DNA of 32,000 nucleotides, taken from positions 900,001 through 932,000 of the forward strand of contig NZ_CP006867.1 in NCBI RefSeq assembly GCF_001481685.1, given 5' to 3'. The notes beneath the pieces are model-generated. The model worked only from the letters and a program-made list of their open reading frames with translations. It was not told where the DNA came from and did no database searches. This DNA is from Ignicoccus islandicus DSM 13165 (GTDB lineage Archaea > Thermoproteota > Thermoprotei_A > Sulfolobales > Ignicoccaceae). Shown here piece by piece: positions 15,897 to 24,965 of this stretch. A program made the translations under genes and the position numbers. Numbering within the stretch: position 1 is the first letter of the stretch; each line of letters starts with the position of its first letter.

Positions 15897-17903
15897 ATGA
15901 AATACTTAAAACCTTATGTTGCGAATGTCCCAACGAAATTGAACGCTTGCGAAGGGTTGAAGGTATTGGATTGTCCGGTTATGGGTATAGATTTGGAACC
16001 GGGCTCGCCGCCCGGGCTCAACGGCTCGTTCGCGGTAACGTTGGTAGATTGCAACGGCGAGGTAGTGCTCTCGAAGAGGTCCGTACCCCTCAGGAAACTG
16101 CTGAGGTACGCGTGGGAGTACAAACCTAAGGTCCTAGCATTGGATAACGTAATGGAATTAGGTTCAAATAAGTCCGAGCTCTATAAGGTACTTAATTTGC
16201 TCCCAGTAGAGACGGAGGTAGTTCAGGTAACGAAGACGCAAGACGGAGGTTTCATCGATCTAAAGAAGCTCGCGGAAGCCATGAACTTCAACGTACCGCA
16301 GAGGAAGCTCGACCCTTCAGAGACGTCTTACCTCCTCGCCCTCTTAGCCATGAAGGGGCTTGGAGCGAAAGTTAGGTCCTTCGAGAACAAGACTAAGGTA
16401 ATTGTTACAAAGAAGAGAACTCCGAGGGCCGGAGGAAGCAGTATGAACAGGTTCCTAAGAGCGGTTAGAAATGCCGTTGAGGAGACCATAAGGGAAATAA
16501 GGGCGTCCTTAGAGGAAGCCGGTCTCGATTACGATTTGTTCGTAGACAAGAGCGATGGGGCCATAAAGAGAGCGGTTTTCACCGTTTACGCACCTAGGGA
16601 GAGAATTAGGGGAGTAGTGAAGCCCTTCGAAACGGACGCAGTAAGGGTTTCAGTTAAGCCCGTTTTATCGAGAGAGATAAACTTCGCCTTTTCCGAAGAG
16701 AAGTACTTGATCGTAGGTTACGATCCGGGTATAAAGAGCGGATTGGCTGTCTTGGACTTGAACGGCGAGCCGATACTAATCACTTCATCAAGCGAACTCG
16801 ATAGGGAGTACGTGATTTCGATACTTATGAGTTTGGGAACGCCAATTATGGTTGCTTCAGATACGAACCCCCCTCCCCATAGCGTAAAGAAGCTCGCCTC
16901 CAAGCTCAACGCAGTCTTGTTCGTACCTAGAACGAGCATGAGCGTGTCGGAGAAAGAGCAATTAGCTAAGGAGATCGAGAGGAAGTACGCCGTAAAGGTA
17001 GAGGACTCGCATCAGCGCGACGCCTTGGCCTCTGCATACAAGGCGTACCTATCCATAAAGGACAAACTTAATGAATTGGATTCATACTTAGACAAAATAG
17101 AACTAGAGGTGAACAAGGAGAAGGTTAAAGCACTAGTTGTAAAGGGAAGATCGTTGGCTGAAGTGCTCGAGGAAGAACTCCAAAAGCTCTTGGACGAAGG
17201 TAATCAATTGATCCAGGAGGTTCAAGAAAGGAAACAAACGCCCACCGAGGCTAAAGACGATTTGAAGACCAAGTTCTTGGAGGCCGAAGTAAGCTATTTG
17301 AGAAGTAAGTTAACCGAGCTCGACGAAGAGTTAAAGAGAAAGGAACTAGAATTGGACTTACTCAAGAAGAGCTCGAGCGACTACTACGAACTCCAACTTC
17401 GATCGCTTAAGGAGACTTTGAGTTCATTGAATAAGAGACTAGAAGAGTATAAATTGAGAACGAGCGAGCTCGAGGCGAAAATGGAAGCGGTTGAAAGAAG
17501 CTTAAAGAACTTGGAAGACGGCTTATTAACTGTAGGACTGAAGATAGGTAAGCTTAAGTTCAATACAGAACTTAAGGACTTAATGGAGATGGGAGTGGAA
17601 GATTATAAAGTATTGGAGGCAGACGAAATTGAGGACGTAAACGATGAGGTAATAGAATACATATTGAGTTCGGGAAAGATCTTAGTAGCTAGGAGCGTTA
17701 GTGAGAAAACGGAAATGGAATTGAGGAAGAGGGGGCTGCCAGTTCTCAAGGAGGAACCCGTTCTGAGCTTGAAGAAGGTCTCGCTCTACCCAAGCGACCT
17801 AACCGAGAAGTGGAGAGAAAAGATGGAGGAGTTATCGGAAGAAATGGACGAAGAGGACTTGGAGGAACTGATAATGAGTTATCGGAGCGCTAGGTGGTCC
17901 TAG
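15897..17903 (+). CDS. DUF460 / COG2433-type protein: predicted RNase H-fold (RuvC/YqgF-like) nuclease with long coiled coil
   Basis: Two RNase H-like segments (VMGIDLEPGSPPG; LIVGYDPGIKSGLAVLD ... VASDTNPPP ... DSHQRDALASAYKAY) followed by a heptad-rich region. ATG at 15897 preferred to the listed 15852. Confidence 0.8.
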   Translation: MKYLKPYVANVPTKLNACEGLKVLDCPVMGIDLEPGSPPGLNGSFAVTLVDCNGEVVLSKRSVPLRKLLRYAWEYKPKVLALDNVMELGSNKSELYKVLNLLPVETEVVQVTKTQDGGFIDLKKLAEAMNFNVPQRKLDPSETSYLLALLAMKGLGAKVRSFENKTKVIVTKKRTPRAGGSSMNRFLRAVRNAVEETIREIRASLEEAGLDYDLFVDKSDGAIKRAVFTVYAPRERIRGVVKPFETDAVRVSVKPVLSREINFAFSEEKYLIVGYDPGIKSGLAVLDLNGEPILITSSSELDREYVISILMSLGTPIMVASDTNPPPHSVKKLASKLNAVLFVPRTSMSVSEKEQLAKEIERKYAVKVEDSHQRDALASAYKAYLSIKDKLNELDSYLDKIELEVNKEKVKALVVKGRSLAEVLEEELQKLLDEGNQLIQEVQERKQTPTEAKDDLKTKFLEAEVSYLRSKLTELDEELKRKELELDLLKKSSSDYYELQLRSLKETLSSLNKRLEEYKLRTSELEAKMEAVERSLKNLEDGLLTVGLKIGKLKFNTELKDLMEMGVEDYKVLEADEIEDVNDEVIEYILSSGKILVARSVSEKTEMELRKRGLPVLKEEPVLSLKKVSLYPSDLTEKWREKMEELSEEMDEEDLEELIMSYRSARWS

Positions 17904-17951
17904 GTATAAATTTCATATATTGTCTATACATTTCGACTTCCGGCGACGTTC

Positions 17952-18785
17952 ATGCTTCCAGATCTCGACGTTCGTCAAGCAGAAGTTAGGATAACTTCAT
18001 TTATTAGAGATCAGTTCGCGAAGGCTAACAAGGAAACGGCCGTCGTTGGAGTGAGCGGAGGAGTTGACTCAGCTACAGTCCTTGCCCTCACAGTTAAGGC
18101 CCTCGGTCCCGAGAGGGTTCACGCAATGATATTGCCTTCTTCAGCGACTCCCCCTAAGGACGTAGAAGACGCTAAGGAATTGGTTGCGAGCTTCGGGGTC
18201 AAGTCTTGGGAATTAATTGTAATAGACCCAATACTCGATTCTTTTGAGAGAACCTTAGGGAGAATGAGCAAGGTCGCGAAAGGTAACACAATGGCCAGAA
18301 TAAGGATGGCTTCGCTATATGTGCGAGCCTACGAGCTTAAGGGACTAGTGGTTGGAACGGGCGATAAGAGCGAGTTGTTGCTAGGCTACTTCACCAAGTA
18401 CGGAGACGGAGGCGTAGACCTCCTTCCAATAGGGGACCTATACAAGACTTGGGTTAGGCAATTGGCCCTCCACTTAGGCGTACCTGAGGAAATAGCTATG
18501 AAACCCTCCTCGCCTAGGTTGTGGCCAGGCCACTTAGCCGAGGAGGAAATAGGATTAAGCTACAGGAAGGTTGATGAAATACTTTACTCCCTCGTAGACC
18601 TTGGAATGACGCCAGATGAAATACTAGAGAAGAAGGTAGCCAGCCTAGAAGAACTAGAGAAAGTTATCGGTATGATGAAGACCAATATGCACAAGCTGTT
18701 ACCTCCTCCTATACCGAAGGTGAGCAAGGTAACCGTCTACGAAGCGCTGGAAAGGTTGAGTAAGGTAGTTAACAATTTCCCTTAA
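17952..18785 (+). CDS. nadE: NAD+ synthase (ammonia-dependent)
   Basis: SGGVDSATVLAL P-loop, GTGDKSELLLGYFTKYGDGGVDLLPIGDLYKTWVRQLA. Confidence 0.95.
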   Translation: MLPDLDVRQAEVRITSFIRDQFAKANKETAVVGVSGGVDSATVLALTVKALGPERVHAMILPSSATPPKDVEDAKELVASFGVKSWELIVIDPILDSFERTLGRMSKVAKGNTMARIRMASLYVRAYELKGLVVGTGDKSELLLGYFTKYGDGGVDLLPIGDLYKTWVRQLALHLGVPEEIAMKPSSPRLWPGHLAEEEIGLSYRKVDEILYSLVDLGMTPDEILEKKVASLEELEKVIGMMKTNMHKLLPPPIPKVSKVTVYEALERLSKVVNNFP

Positions 18786-18790
18786 ACGAG

Positions 18791-18878
18791 TGGCGCCGGG
18801 GGCGGGATTCGAACCCGCGCGGGGAGAACCCCCAGTGGGTCTCAAGCCCACCCCCTTAGGCCGCTCGGGCACCCCGGC
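18791..18878 (-). tRNA. tRNA-Ser (anticodon UGA), with encoded 3' CCA
   Basis: Acceptor GCCGGGG/CCCCGGC, discriminator G + CCA, anticodon stem-loop GTGGG-CTTGAGA-CCCAC, long variable arm (type II), T-arm GCGGG-TTCGAAT-CCCGC. Confidence 0.95.
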
Positions 18879-18916
18879 ACCAATGAGAGCCCATTTGAAT
18901 CTCTAAAAAGTTTACC

Positions 18917-20311
18917 TCAAGCGTTCCTAAGCCCGTATACCTCTCTCATGAGCTGCGCTACTTCAGTTCTCTTCTTCAAATACCATTCGTTGCCTATATC
19001 GGGTCTCCAGACGCTCTTCCAATTAAGGAACTTAACTCCGGCCGCGCACTGATTAGCTATTTCGGCCGCCTTCGTAATTTCCTCTGCTTCGGCGTATACT
19101 TCGACTGCCCTAGAACCAGTGGTAATCAACTTACCGTCCTTCACGTCCACTGCTCCATAATATATCTTGGAGCCTTTACATTCGCCAACTATAACTTCCT
19201 TATCTTTGGCCAAGTCCCTTCTCTCGGGGTAACCCATGGGAGCTACGCACTTCACTACGCTAGCGACCTCCCTAGCGCTTAAATTGGCCTTCAAGTTACC
19301 TTGAGCTGCCGAGAACATGGCCTCCAAGACGTTTCCATCGGTAACGTTCATAACGTTGACAGCTTCTGGGTCACCTAACCTTGAGTAGAACTCTATTACC
19401 ACAGGGCCCTTAGACGTTAACATCATTTGCGCCGAAATCGCGCCTACGTACTTCTCTCCAGTTTCCTTGGCTATTGCCGAAACCACTTGTTCCAATACCT
19501 CTACAGCGAAGTTATACTCCTCTTCGGTTATGAAAGGTAAGAGCTTGCCTGGTCCTTGAACCGTTCCCATACCTCCCGTCTCGGGCCCTATATCGAATTC
19601 GAATAAGTGAGGGTTATCTTGAACAGCGGGTAACGGAACTACCTTCTCACCATCAGTAAAGGCTTGAACGGTGTACTCAACCCCATCGACCCTTTCTTCG
19701 ATTAGCAACTTCTCTTGTATGTCGGTATACTTCGCCATGACTTCTTCAAGTATCCTCTTAGCGTGTATTTCCTTCACTCTCTTTTTCTCTTCCGAGAGGT
19801 AAGCTTGCATGTCGGAAATTACCTTAACTCCCTTACCCCCGGCCTGTCTCGCTGGTTTTATTGCAACGTTACCGGCCCTCTCCAAGAACTCGAGCGCCTC
19901 GCTCCAGCTCTCGAAATACCAGAACTCCAAGTTGCCCTTTATTCCGTATTTCTTCATTAAGCTCCTAGCAAATACCTTACTCTTCTCTATCTCCGCGGCC
20001 TTCGAGGTCGCTCCGAAGACCGTGAACCCGTTCCCTTTCAGCTTATCTACGACGCCTCTGAATTGGGGTTCCTCAGGTCCTATTACTATTAAATCGGGTT
20101 TCAGTTTCCTCGCGGCCTCTAGTACTTGCTCGGGATCGGTAGGGGAGCCTTTGAAGTACTCTCCACCGCTATCCTTAGTAAGCGCTAGCAAGCCCGGGTT
20201 CAAATTGCTAGAAATAAAGGAAAGGGACGCGCCTTCTCTAACGAGCCTTTCCCCTATAGCGTGTTCCCTCGAACCTCCTCCTACGAGTAGGACCTTCTCT
20301 CCGCCACTCAC
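18917..20311 (-). CDS. purD: Phosphoribosylamine--glycine ligase
   Basis: KVLLVGGGSREHAIGERL N-terminus, PARQAGGKGVKV and EFYSRLGDPEAVNVM ATP-grasp motifs. Confidence 0.93.
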   Translation of the reverse strand: MSGGEKVLLVGGGSREHAIGERLVREGASLSFISSNLNPGLLALTKDSGGEYFKGSPTDPEQVLEAARKLKPDLIVIGPEEPQFRGVVDKLKGNGFTVFGATSKAAEIEKSKVFARSLMKKYGIKGNLEFWYFESWSEALEFLERAGNVAIKPARQAGGKGVKVISDMQAYLSEEKKRVKEIHAKRILEEVMAKYTDIQEKLLIEERVDGVEYTVQAFTDGEKVVPLPAVQDNPHLFEFDIGPETGGMGTVQGPGKLLPFITEEEYNFAVEVLEQVVSAIAKETGEKYVGAISAQMMLTSKGPVVIEFYSRLGDPEAVNVMNVTDGNVLEAMFSAAQGNLKANLSAREVASVVKCVAPMGYPERRDLAKDKEVIVGECKGSKIYYGAVDVKDGKLITTGSRAVEVYAEAEEITKAAEIANQCAAGVKFLNWKSVWRPDIGNEWYLKKRTEVAQLMREVYGLRNA

Positions 20312-20335
20312 GCTTATATCTCCCGACCCATACTA

Positions 20336-20914
20336 ATGAGCGGACCTAAAGTAATCTTCCCGGGTGATAATGTCGTGCTTCTTCCCACTAGTATGAGGGA
20401 GAAATACCGAATAAAGTTCGAGAACAACACGTGTGAGGTCGATGGTAGGACCTTCAGTAGCGAGCACGTGGTATTGAGCTCACCCTTTAAGGTTAAAATA
20501 TCTATGAATGAAGAAACAGTTAAGATGGAAGCCGAGTACTCGAAGATGCCTAGAATAAGTAACTACGGAAACTACTTGTACATCTCTACGTCTCCCGATA
20601 GCAACGTGCCGACTTACGAGAGCTTCGAGGGAGTAGTTCAAGAGAGCGGCAAGGACCTACTCAAGGGCGAAGGCGAGCTCGGAATTAGGGCCTCCTGGAA
20701 CAAACACTACGTTCGATTGGAGATATTCGATAGAAACGAGGGATCCATGGTTAGGGTGTTCGGTAGCGAACTAGAGCTAGAAGGCAACGCTATAGACTTA
20801 GTCAACTTGTTGGGAGGCAGGTTCCAGTCGTTCTTCGTCAAGACCTCTCCCAACAGCGTTACTGAAGTCAAAAAGGAAGGAGAGAAAGTAGTAGTAAAGG
20901 TTTCTAAGAAGTAA
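20336..20914 (+). CDS. Hypothetical protein (192 aa), no recognised family
   Basis: Full-length ORF with ATG start, divergent from purD across 24 bp; no recognisable motif. Confidence 0.6.
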   Translation: MSGPKVIFPGDNVVLLPTSMREKYRIKFENNTCEVDGRTFSSEHVVLSSPFKVKISMNEETVKMEAEYSKMPRISNYGNYLYISTSPDSNVPTYESFEGVVQESGKDLLKGEGELGIRASWNKHYVRLEIFDRNEGSMVRVFGSELELEGNAIDLVNLLGGRFQSFFVKTSPNSVTEVKKEGEKVVVKVSKK

Positions 20915-21638
20915 GTTCTTCAATATTGAAGAACGGCTTTCGACCTCCTTCTTCCACGCTCTCTATCTTCCCATCCCTTACCCTAACTACCGCGTGTGCA
21001 TACAAGGTCTGCTCAGGATTATGGGTTACTATAACTACGGTCTTGTCCATTTCCACGTTCAAACTCAAGAGCATTTCCATTACTCCCTTGGCGGTCTTCG
21101 TATCTAAGTTACCGGTAGGTTCGTCAGCCAGTATGATCTCGGGATCGTTAGCGAGGGCCCTAGCTATTGCTACCCTCTGCTGCTCTCCTCCGCTCAGCTC
21201 CCTAGGCCTCTTATTGGCCTTCTCCCTCAATCCTACGAGCGTGAGCAGTCTCAATGCCCTCCTCTTCCTCACGCTCGATGGCACCCCCTTAGCTATCATT
21301 GGAAGCTCCACGTTCTCCAAAGCGCTTAACCTAGGTATCAGGAAGAAGTGTTGGAACACGAACCCTATTAGATCCCTTCTGAGCCGCGCCCTTTCCCTTT
21401 CCGAGAGTTGCGAAACGTCGCGACCAGCGATGAATACCTTGCCCTTCGTAGGGGTATCCAATGCCCCCATTAGGTGTAGTAACGTGCTCTTACCGGAACC
21501 GGAGGGGCCTAGTATAGTTAGGAAGCTCCCCTTGGGCACTTTCAGCGTAACGCCTCTCAGAGCAGGGTATTCAACCTTTCCAATGACGTAAACCTTCCAT
21601 ACGTTGTCCAAAGTTATTATTGGTTCGAAGTCACCCAA
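20904..21638 (-). CDS. ABC transporter ATP-binding protein, MacB/LolD-like
   Basis: Walker A GPSGSGKST, signature LSGGEQQRVAIARAL, Walker B EIILADEPTGNLD, H-loop VTHN. Confidence 0.93.
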   Translation of the reverse strand: MGDFEPIITLDNVWKVYVIGKVEYPALRGVTLKVPKGSFLTILGPSGSGKSTLLHLMGALDTPTKGKVFIAGRDVSQLSERERARLRRDLIGFVFQHFFLIPRLSALENVELPMIAKGVPSSVRKRRALRLLTLVGLREKANKRPRELSGGEQQRVAIARALANDPEIILADEPTGNLDTKTAKGVMEMLLSLNVEMDKTVVIVTHNPEQTLYAHAVVRVRDGKIESVEEGGRKPFFNIEELTS

Positions 21639-23415
21639 AAGGTTCTACCTCGTAACCGGCCTCTTCAGCGCTCCTCAGTATCGCTTCCGCTAACTTGTCT
21701 TGACCCTCCTTCCAGCCTAGCTTAAGCTCCGCAACGCCAATTCTCTTGTAAGGTAACCCGTAAGCTTCGGCAGAAGCTCGGGTTGTGAAACCAAATTCTG
21801 CCATTCCCTCCTTTATTGCATAGCATATCGCTTGCGGGGTAGGGTAGCTTCCTACGTGAAGTAACTCCTTCCTAGCCCTTGCCGGCGTTAAGCCCTTGGA
21901 CTTCAAATACTCCAAATAGAATTGATAAAGGAAGGAATTCGAGTGGGGTACTGCTATTCTCTTTCCCTCGTTTCCAACCGTAACCACTTCGATCCTTATG
22001 GTCGCCTTACCGGAGGCCTTAGGCGAAAGCCACACTGCCTTCAATTCGGTCTTTGAGGCCAACTCTCCACCGAACGAACCTATCGGGAGGAACTTAACTG
22101 GCTCCTTAAAGCTCCTCAATGCCTCGTCTACGAAGACATCGACATCCCCTATGAAGGCATACGAATAGGAAGGATCTCCAAACAAGTAGACCTCTACTTC
22201 CTCTCCTACTTCAACCGGAGCTCTCCTAGTCTCTGGAATGACTATGTAACCATCGGACTTGGAGTAGCTTACCATAGCGTGATCGCTAATTGAAGACGGA
22301 AACGCCCAATATCCATTACCTTCGAGAAGCGTTACTGGTACGTGAGTCCTCCTACCTCTCGCGGGGGTGAAGGTCGAACCGCTAGTCGCTTTCACTTTCC
22401 TGGGCGAGGTACTCTTGGCCCTAACCATGAGCTTCAAGTAGGGTAACACTATCTTTTCTAAGTTGAAGTAAGCCGAGTCCGGATGACCCGCTAGGCCGAA
22501 GACGGGCTTTCCTTTCACAGCGCCGAGCATCACGGGTTTTCCGGGTTTGAAGGCTAAACCGTGAACTATCACTTCACCTAGCTCCCCTACGATCCTGTAC
22601 ACTAAGTCTTCCGGCCCAGCCGATGTGGAACCGCTGGTAACCACCACGTCTGCTATCTCGACTGCCTTTTCCAAAGCCCTCTTCATCTTTTCGTAGTCGT
22701 CCGGTATAACGCCTAGGGGGATGGGTTCGAACCCTTCCTCTTTGAGCCTAGTAGTTAGCGAATAGGTGTTCACGTCGTAAACTTTGCCGGGAGGTAACTC
22801 CTTACCCGGTTCCACGAGCTCGTTTCCCGTTGAAATGACCGCAACTTTTACTGTTCTGACCTTTACCTTTCCCCGACCGATCGATGCGAGTCCGGCGATT
22901 ACTCTCGAAGTAATCCTTTCGCCTTCAGTAAAGACGAGTTCGTTCGGGTACACGTCCGTTCCTGGCCATAGTACGTTCTCTCCCGGCACTACTGACCTGA
23001 AGACGAGTATCTCGTTTCCCTCTTCTTTCACGTATTCGATCGGAACTACTGCATCCGCTCCCGGTGGGAGCATGGAACCGGTATCTACTTCAACTGCCTC
23101 GCCTGGCGCTATTTCTATTCTGGCTTCCTCACCTACCTTAACCCTTCCCTTGACCTTTAGCCTAACTGGGTTGTCTTCGCTCGCCCCCCAAGTGCTAACG
23201 GAGTTTACTGCGTACCCGTCAACGCTCGTTCTAGGAAATGGGGGTATACTTAAGTTAGAAACAACGTCTTCCGCTAAGTACAGCCCCAACGAATCTAATA
23301 GGTCTACTTCGAACGGCTCCGGTGATTTCGGTGGGACCTTTTCTAGCAATTTGTTGAAGGCAACGTCTACGTTCTCTAACTTCTTAAAAACCTTCCTCTT
23401 CCTCTCAGTAGGCAT
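21631..23415 (-). CDS. moeA: Molybdopterin molybdenumtransferase MoeA with extra C-terminal region
   Basis: PPFPRTSVDGYAV, GSMLPPGADAVV, VISTGNELVEPGKELPPGKVYDVN, TSGSTSAGPEDL, KPGKPVMLG. ATG at 23415 (MPTERKRK) avoids overlap with the divergent gene at 23499. Confidence 0.9.
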   Translation of the reverse strand: MPTERKRKVFKKLENVDVAFNKLLEKVPPKSPEPFEVDLLDSLGLYLAEDVVSNLSIPPFPRTSVDGYAVNSVSTWGASEDNPVRLKVKGRVKVGEEARIEIAPGEAVEVDTGSMLPPGADAVVPIEYVKEEGNEILVFRSVVPGENVLWPGTDVYPNELVFTEGERITSRVIAGLASIGRGKVKVRTVKVAVISTGNELVEPGKELPPGKVYDVNTYSLTTRLKEEGFEPIPLGVIPDDYEKMKRALEKAVEIADVVVTSGSTSAGPEDLVYRIVGELGEVIVHGLAFKPGKPVMLGAVKGKPVFGLAGHPDSAYFNLEKIVLPYLKLMVRAKSTSPRKVKATSGSTFTPARGRRTHVPVTLLEGNGYWAFPSSISDHAMVSYSKSDGYIVIPETRRAPVEVGEEVEVYLFGDPSYSYAFIGDVDVFVDEALRSFKEPVKFLPIGSFGGELASKTELKAVWLSPKASGKATIRIEVVTVGNEGKRIAVPHSNSFLYQFYLEYLKSKGLTPARARKELLHVGSYPTPQAICYAIKEGMAEFGFTTRASAEAYGLPYKRIGVAELKLGWKEGQDKLAEAILRSAEEAGYEVEPFG

Positions 23416-23498
23416 GCGCGAAGCGCCGAACTTTGGGAGCGCATAGCTATTTTTAAATCCGACAAGGGGTTTACTCTTTGTAGCGGGGTCGAGGAACC

Positions 23499-23774
23499 TT
23501 GAGTACACTTACCTTTTGTCCCAGATGCAAGAGCCTGATGATAGTTACTAAGAAGGACGGAAAGACTATACTTAAGTGTCCCAAGTGCGGATACGAAATA
23601 GAGCCTAAGAGCAAGGGCAGGATAGTAATGAACGTAGAAAAGGACAAGCACGTTCAAACCACTTCCAAAGTGGTCGAAGTAAAGGAGAGAGGCAAGGCAT
23701 TGACTGAAGAGGAAAAGGAGATGTTACAAGATTACTATAGAGACATCTTCTTAGAGAATTTCTCGGGAGAGTAA
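23499..23774 (+). CDS. TFS/RPB9-like protein with only the N-terminal zinc ribbon
   Basis: MSTLTFCPRCKSLMIVTKKDGKTILKCPKCGYE matches the TFS/Rpb9 N-ribbon; no C-terminal ribbon. TTG start with upstream GAGG. Confidence 0.75.
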   Translation: MSTLTFCPRCKSLMIVTKKDGKTILKCPKCGYEIEPKSKGRIVMNVEKDKHVQTTSKVVEVKERGKALTEEEKEMLQDYYRDIFLENFSGE

Positions 23775-23821
23775 ACCTTATTTTAGCCCTGTTTCGATTC
23801 TCCCCATGAAGGTGGATTGTT

Positions 23822-24931
23822 TTGAAGAAAACTCTCGCCCTAGGTCTGCTTTTAGTAGCTCTTTCCTTCGCTGCTCGACCAGCGTCTCCCGTCCTCCTCG
23901 CTGACTTGTCTCACGGCGAAAACGCTCACGGTCTATGCGCTTTCATGAAGACTATGCCCGAAACCCACTGGATAGTGCTAGTACCGCAAGAGGACTACCA
24001 ATTGCCGCCTTGTAGCATCGTTCCCGAGGTAATAGTAGGCAACTTCGCTTCTAAGGAAGTAGTAGAGGCCTTAAAGAAGGTAGACGGCGTAATAATAGGC
24101 CAACCAACCAAGACCTTCTCTGAGGATGAACTTAAGGCAATAGCAGATTGGTTCAAAGGTGGTCAGAAGCTCCTATGGTGTGCTGGCGATAGCGATTACC
24201 CAGCCCAAGGCGGCGTAATGGAAATAGCCCAACACGCTTGCAACGACGTCTTTGAGGCAATAGGCTCGAAGTTGAGGTTGGACTACGTAAGCGTTGAGGA
24301 CACAGTCAGCAACGCCGGAAGGCCGTACAGGGTAATAGGAATAGTTAACCCATCCGGTGCTTACGATTCCTACTTAGTAGGTTTAGGAGCTCACAAGGTC
24401 CTCTTCCACGGTCCCGGCGCTGTCGCTTGGGTCGATGAGAACGAAACTTGGCACAAGCTAACCGATGAGTTACCTAACGACGTTGTCGTACTAGTAACTA
24501 CTACTGAGAACGGCAGAATCGTTGAGCATCAACCTACCAAGCCCGGCGCTCCAGGCGACTTCGGTCAAGCTCACACTGTAGGCGAAACTGGTAAGTTCGT
24601 CTTAATGGCCGCTCAAGTGATGGGCGACAAGGCTCCGTACAGCGTGGTAATAGCTAGCGGTGAAAGCCCCTACGGAGGATACCAGCCAATGGTAAGCTTC
24701 CGCTATCACGGACTAGCATTAGACGGTCCAAGGTTCGTAAGGAACGTATTCCTATGGGGCTTAGACTACAAGGCCGAGCTAGGAAGCATGCTAGACCTCT
24801 CTAACTTAACGGTAAACAACGTAGCCTCTAAGGTAAACCAGCAGTTAAGCGCTTACAACACCATGATTCAAGCATCGATAGCCTTAGCCGTACTAGCTAT
24901 AGCCTTAGCAGTAATTCTACACTTCATATAA
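23822..24931 (+). CDS. Exported, C-terminally membrane-anchored protein of unknown function
   Basis: Signal peptide MKKTLALGLLLVALSFA, C-terminal TM (IQASIALAVLAIALAVILHFI). TTG start preceded by SD AGGTGG; an in-frame ATG lies at 23807. Confidence 0.7.
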   Translation: MKKTLALGLLLVALSFAARPASPVLLADLSHGENAHGLCAFMKTMPETHWIVLVPQEDYQLPPCSIVPEVIVGNFASKEVVEALKKVDGVIIGQPTKTFSEDELKAIADWFKGGQKLLWCAGDSDYPAQGGVMEIAQHACNDVFEAIGSKLRLDYVSVEDTVSNAGRPYRVIGIVNPSGAYDSYLVGLGAHKVLFHGPGAVAWVDENETWHKLTDELPNDVVVLVTTTENGRIVEHQPTKPGAPGDFGQAHTVGETGKFVLMAAQVMGDKAPYSVVIASGESPYGGYQPMVSFRYHGLALDGPRFVRNVFLWGLDYKAELGSMLDLSNLTVNNVASKVNQQLSAYNTMIQASIALAVLAIALAVILHFI

Positions 24932-24965
24932 ACCCCCATTTTTCTACTTTCACGGTAAAGGCGGA

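Noticed and set aside
19715-20336. ORFs of 81 and 175 aa on the + strand
   Set aside because: Both are antisense to purD.
20926-21591. 221-aa ORF on the + strand
   Set aside because: Antisense to the ABC ATPase, whose Walker A, signature and Walker B motifs are unambiguous.
22784-23446. 220-aa ORF on the + strand
   Set aside because: Antisense shadow of moeA, low-complexity Ser/Thr/Pro-rich translation with no family resemblance; moeA on the opposite strand has clear motifs.
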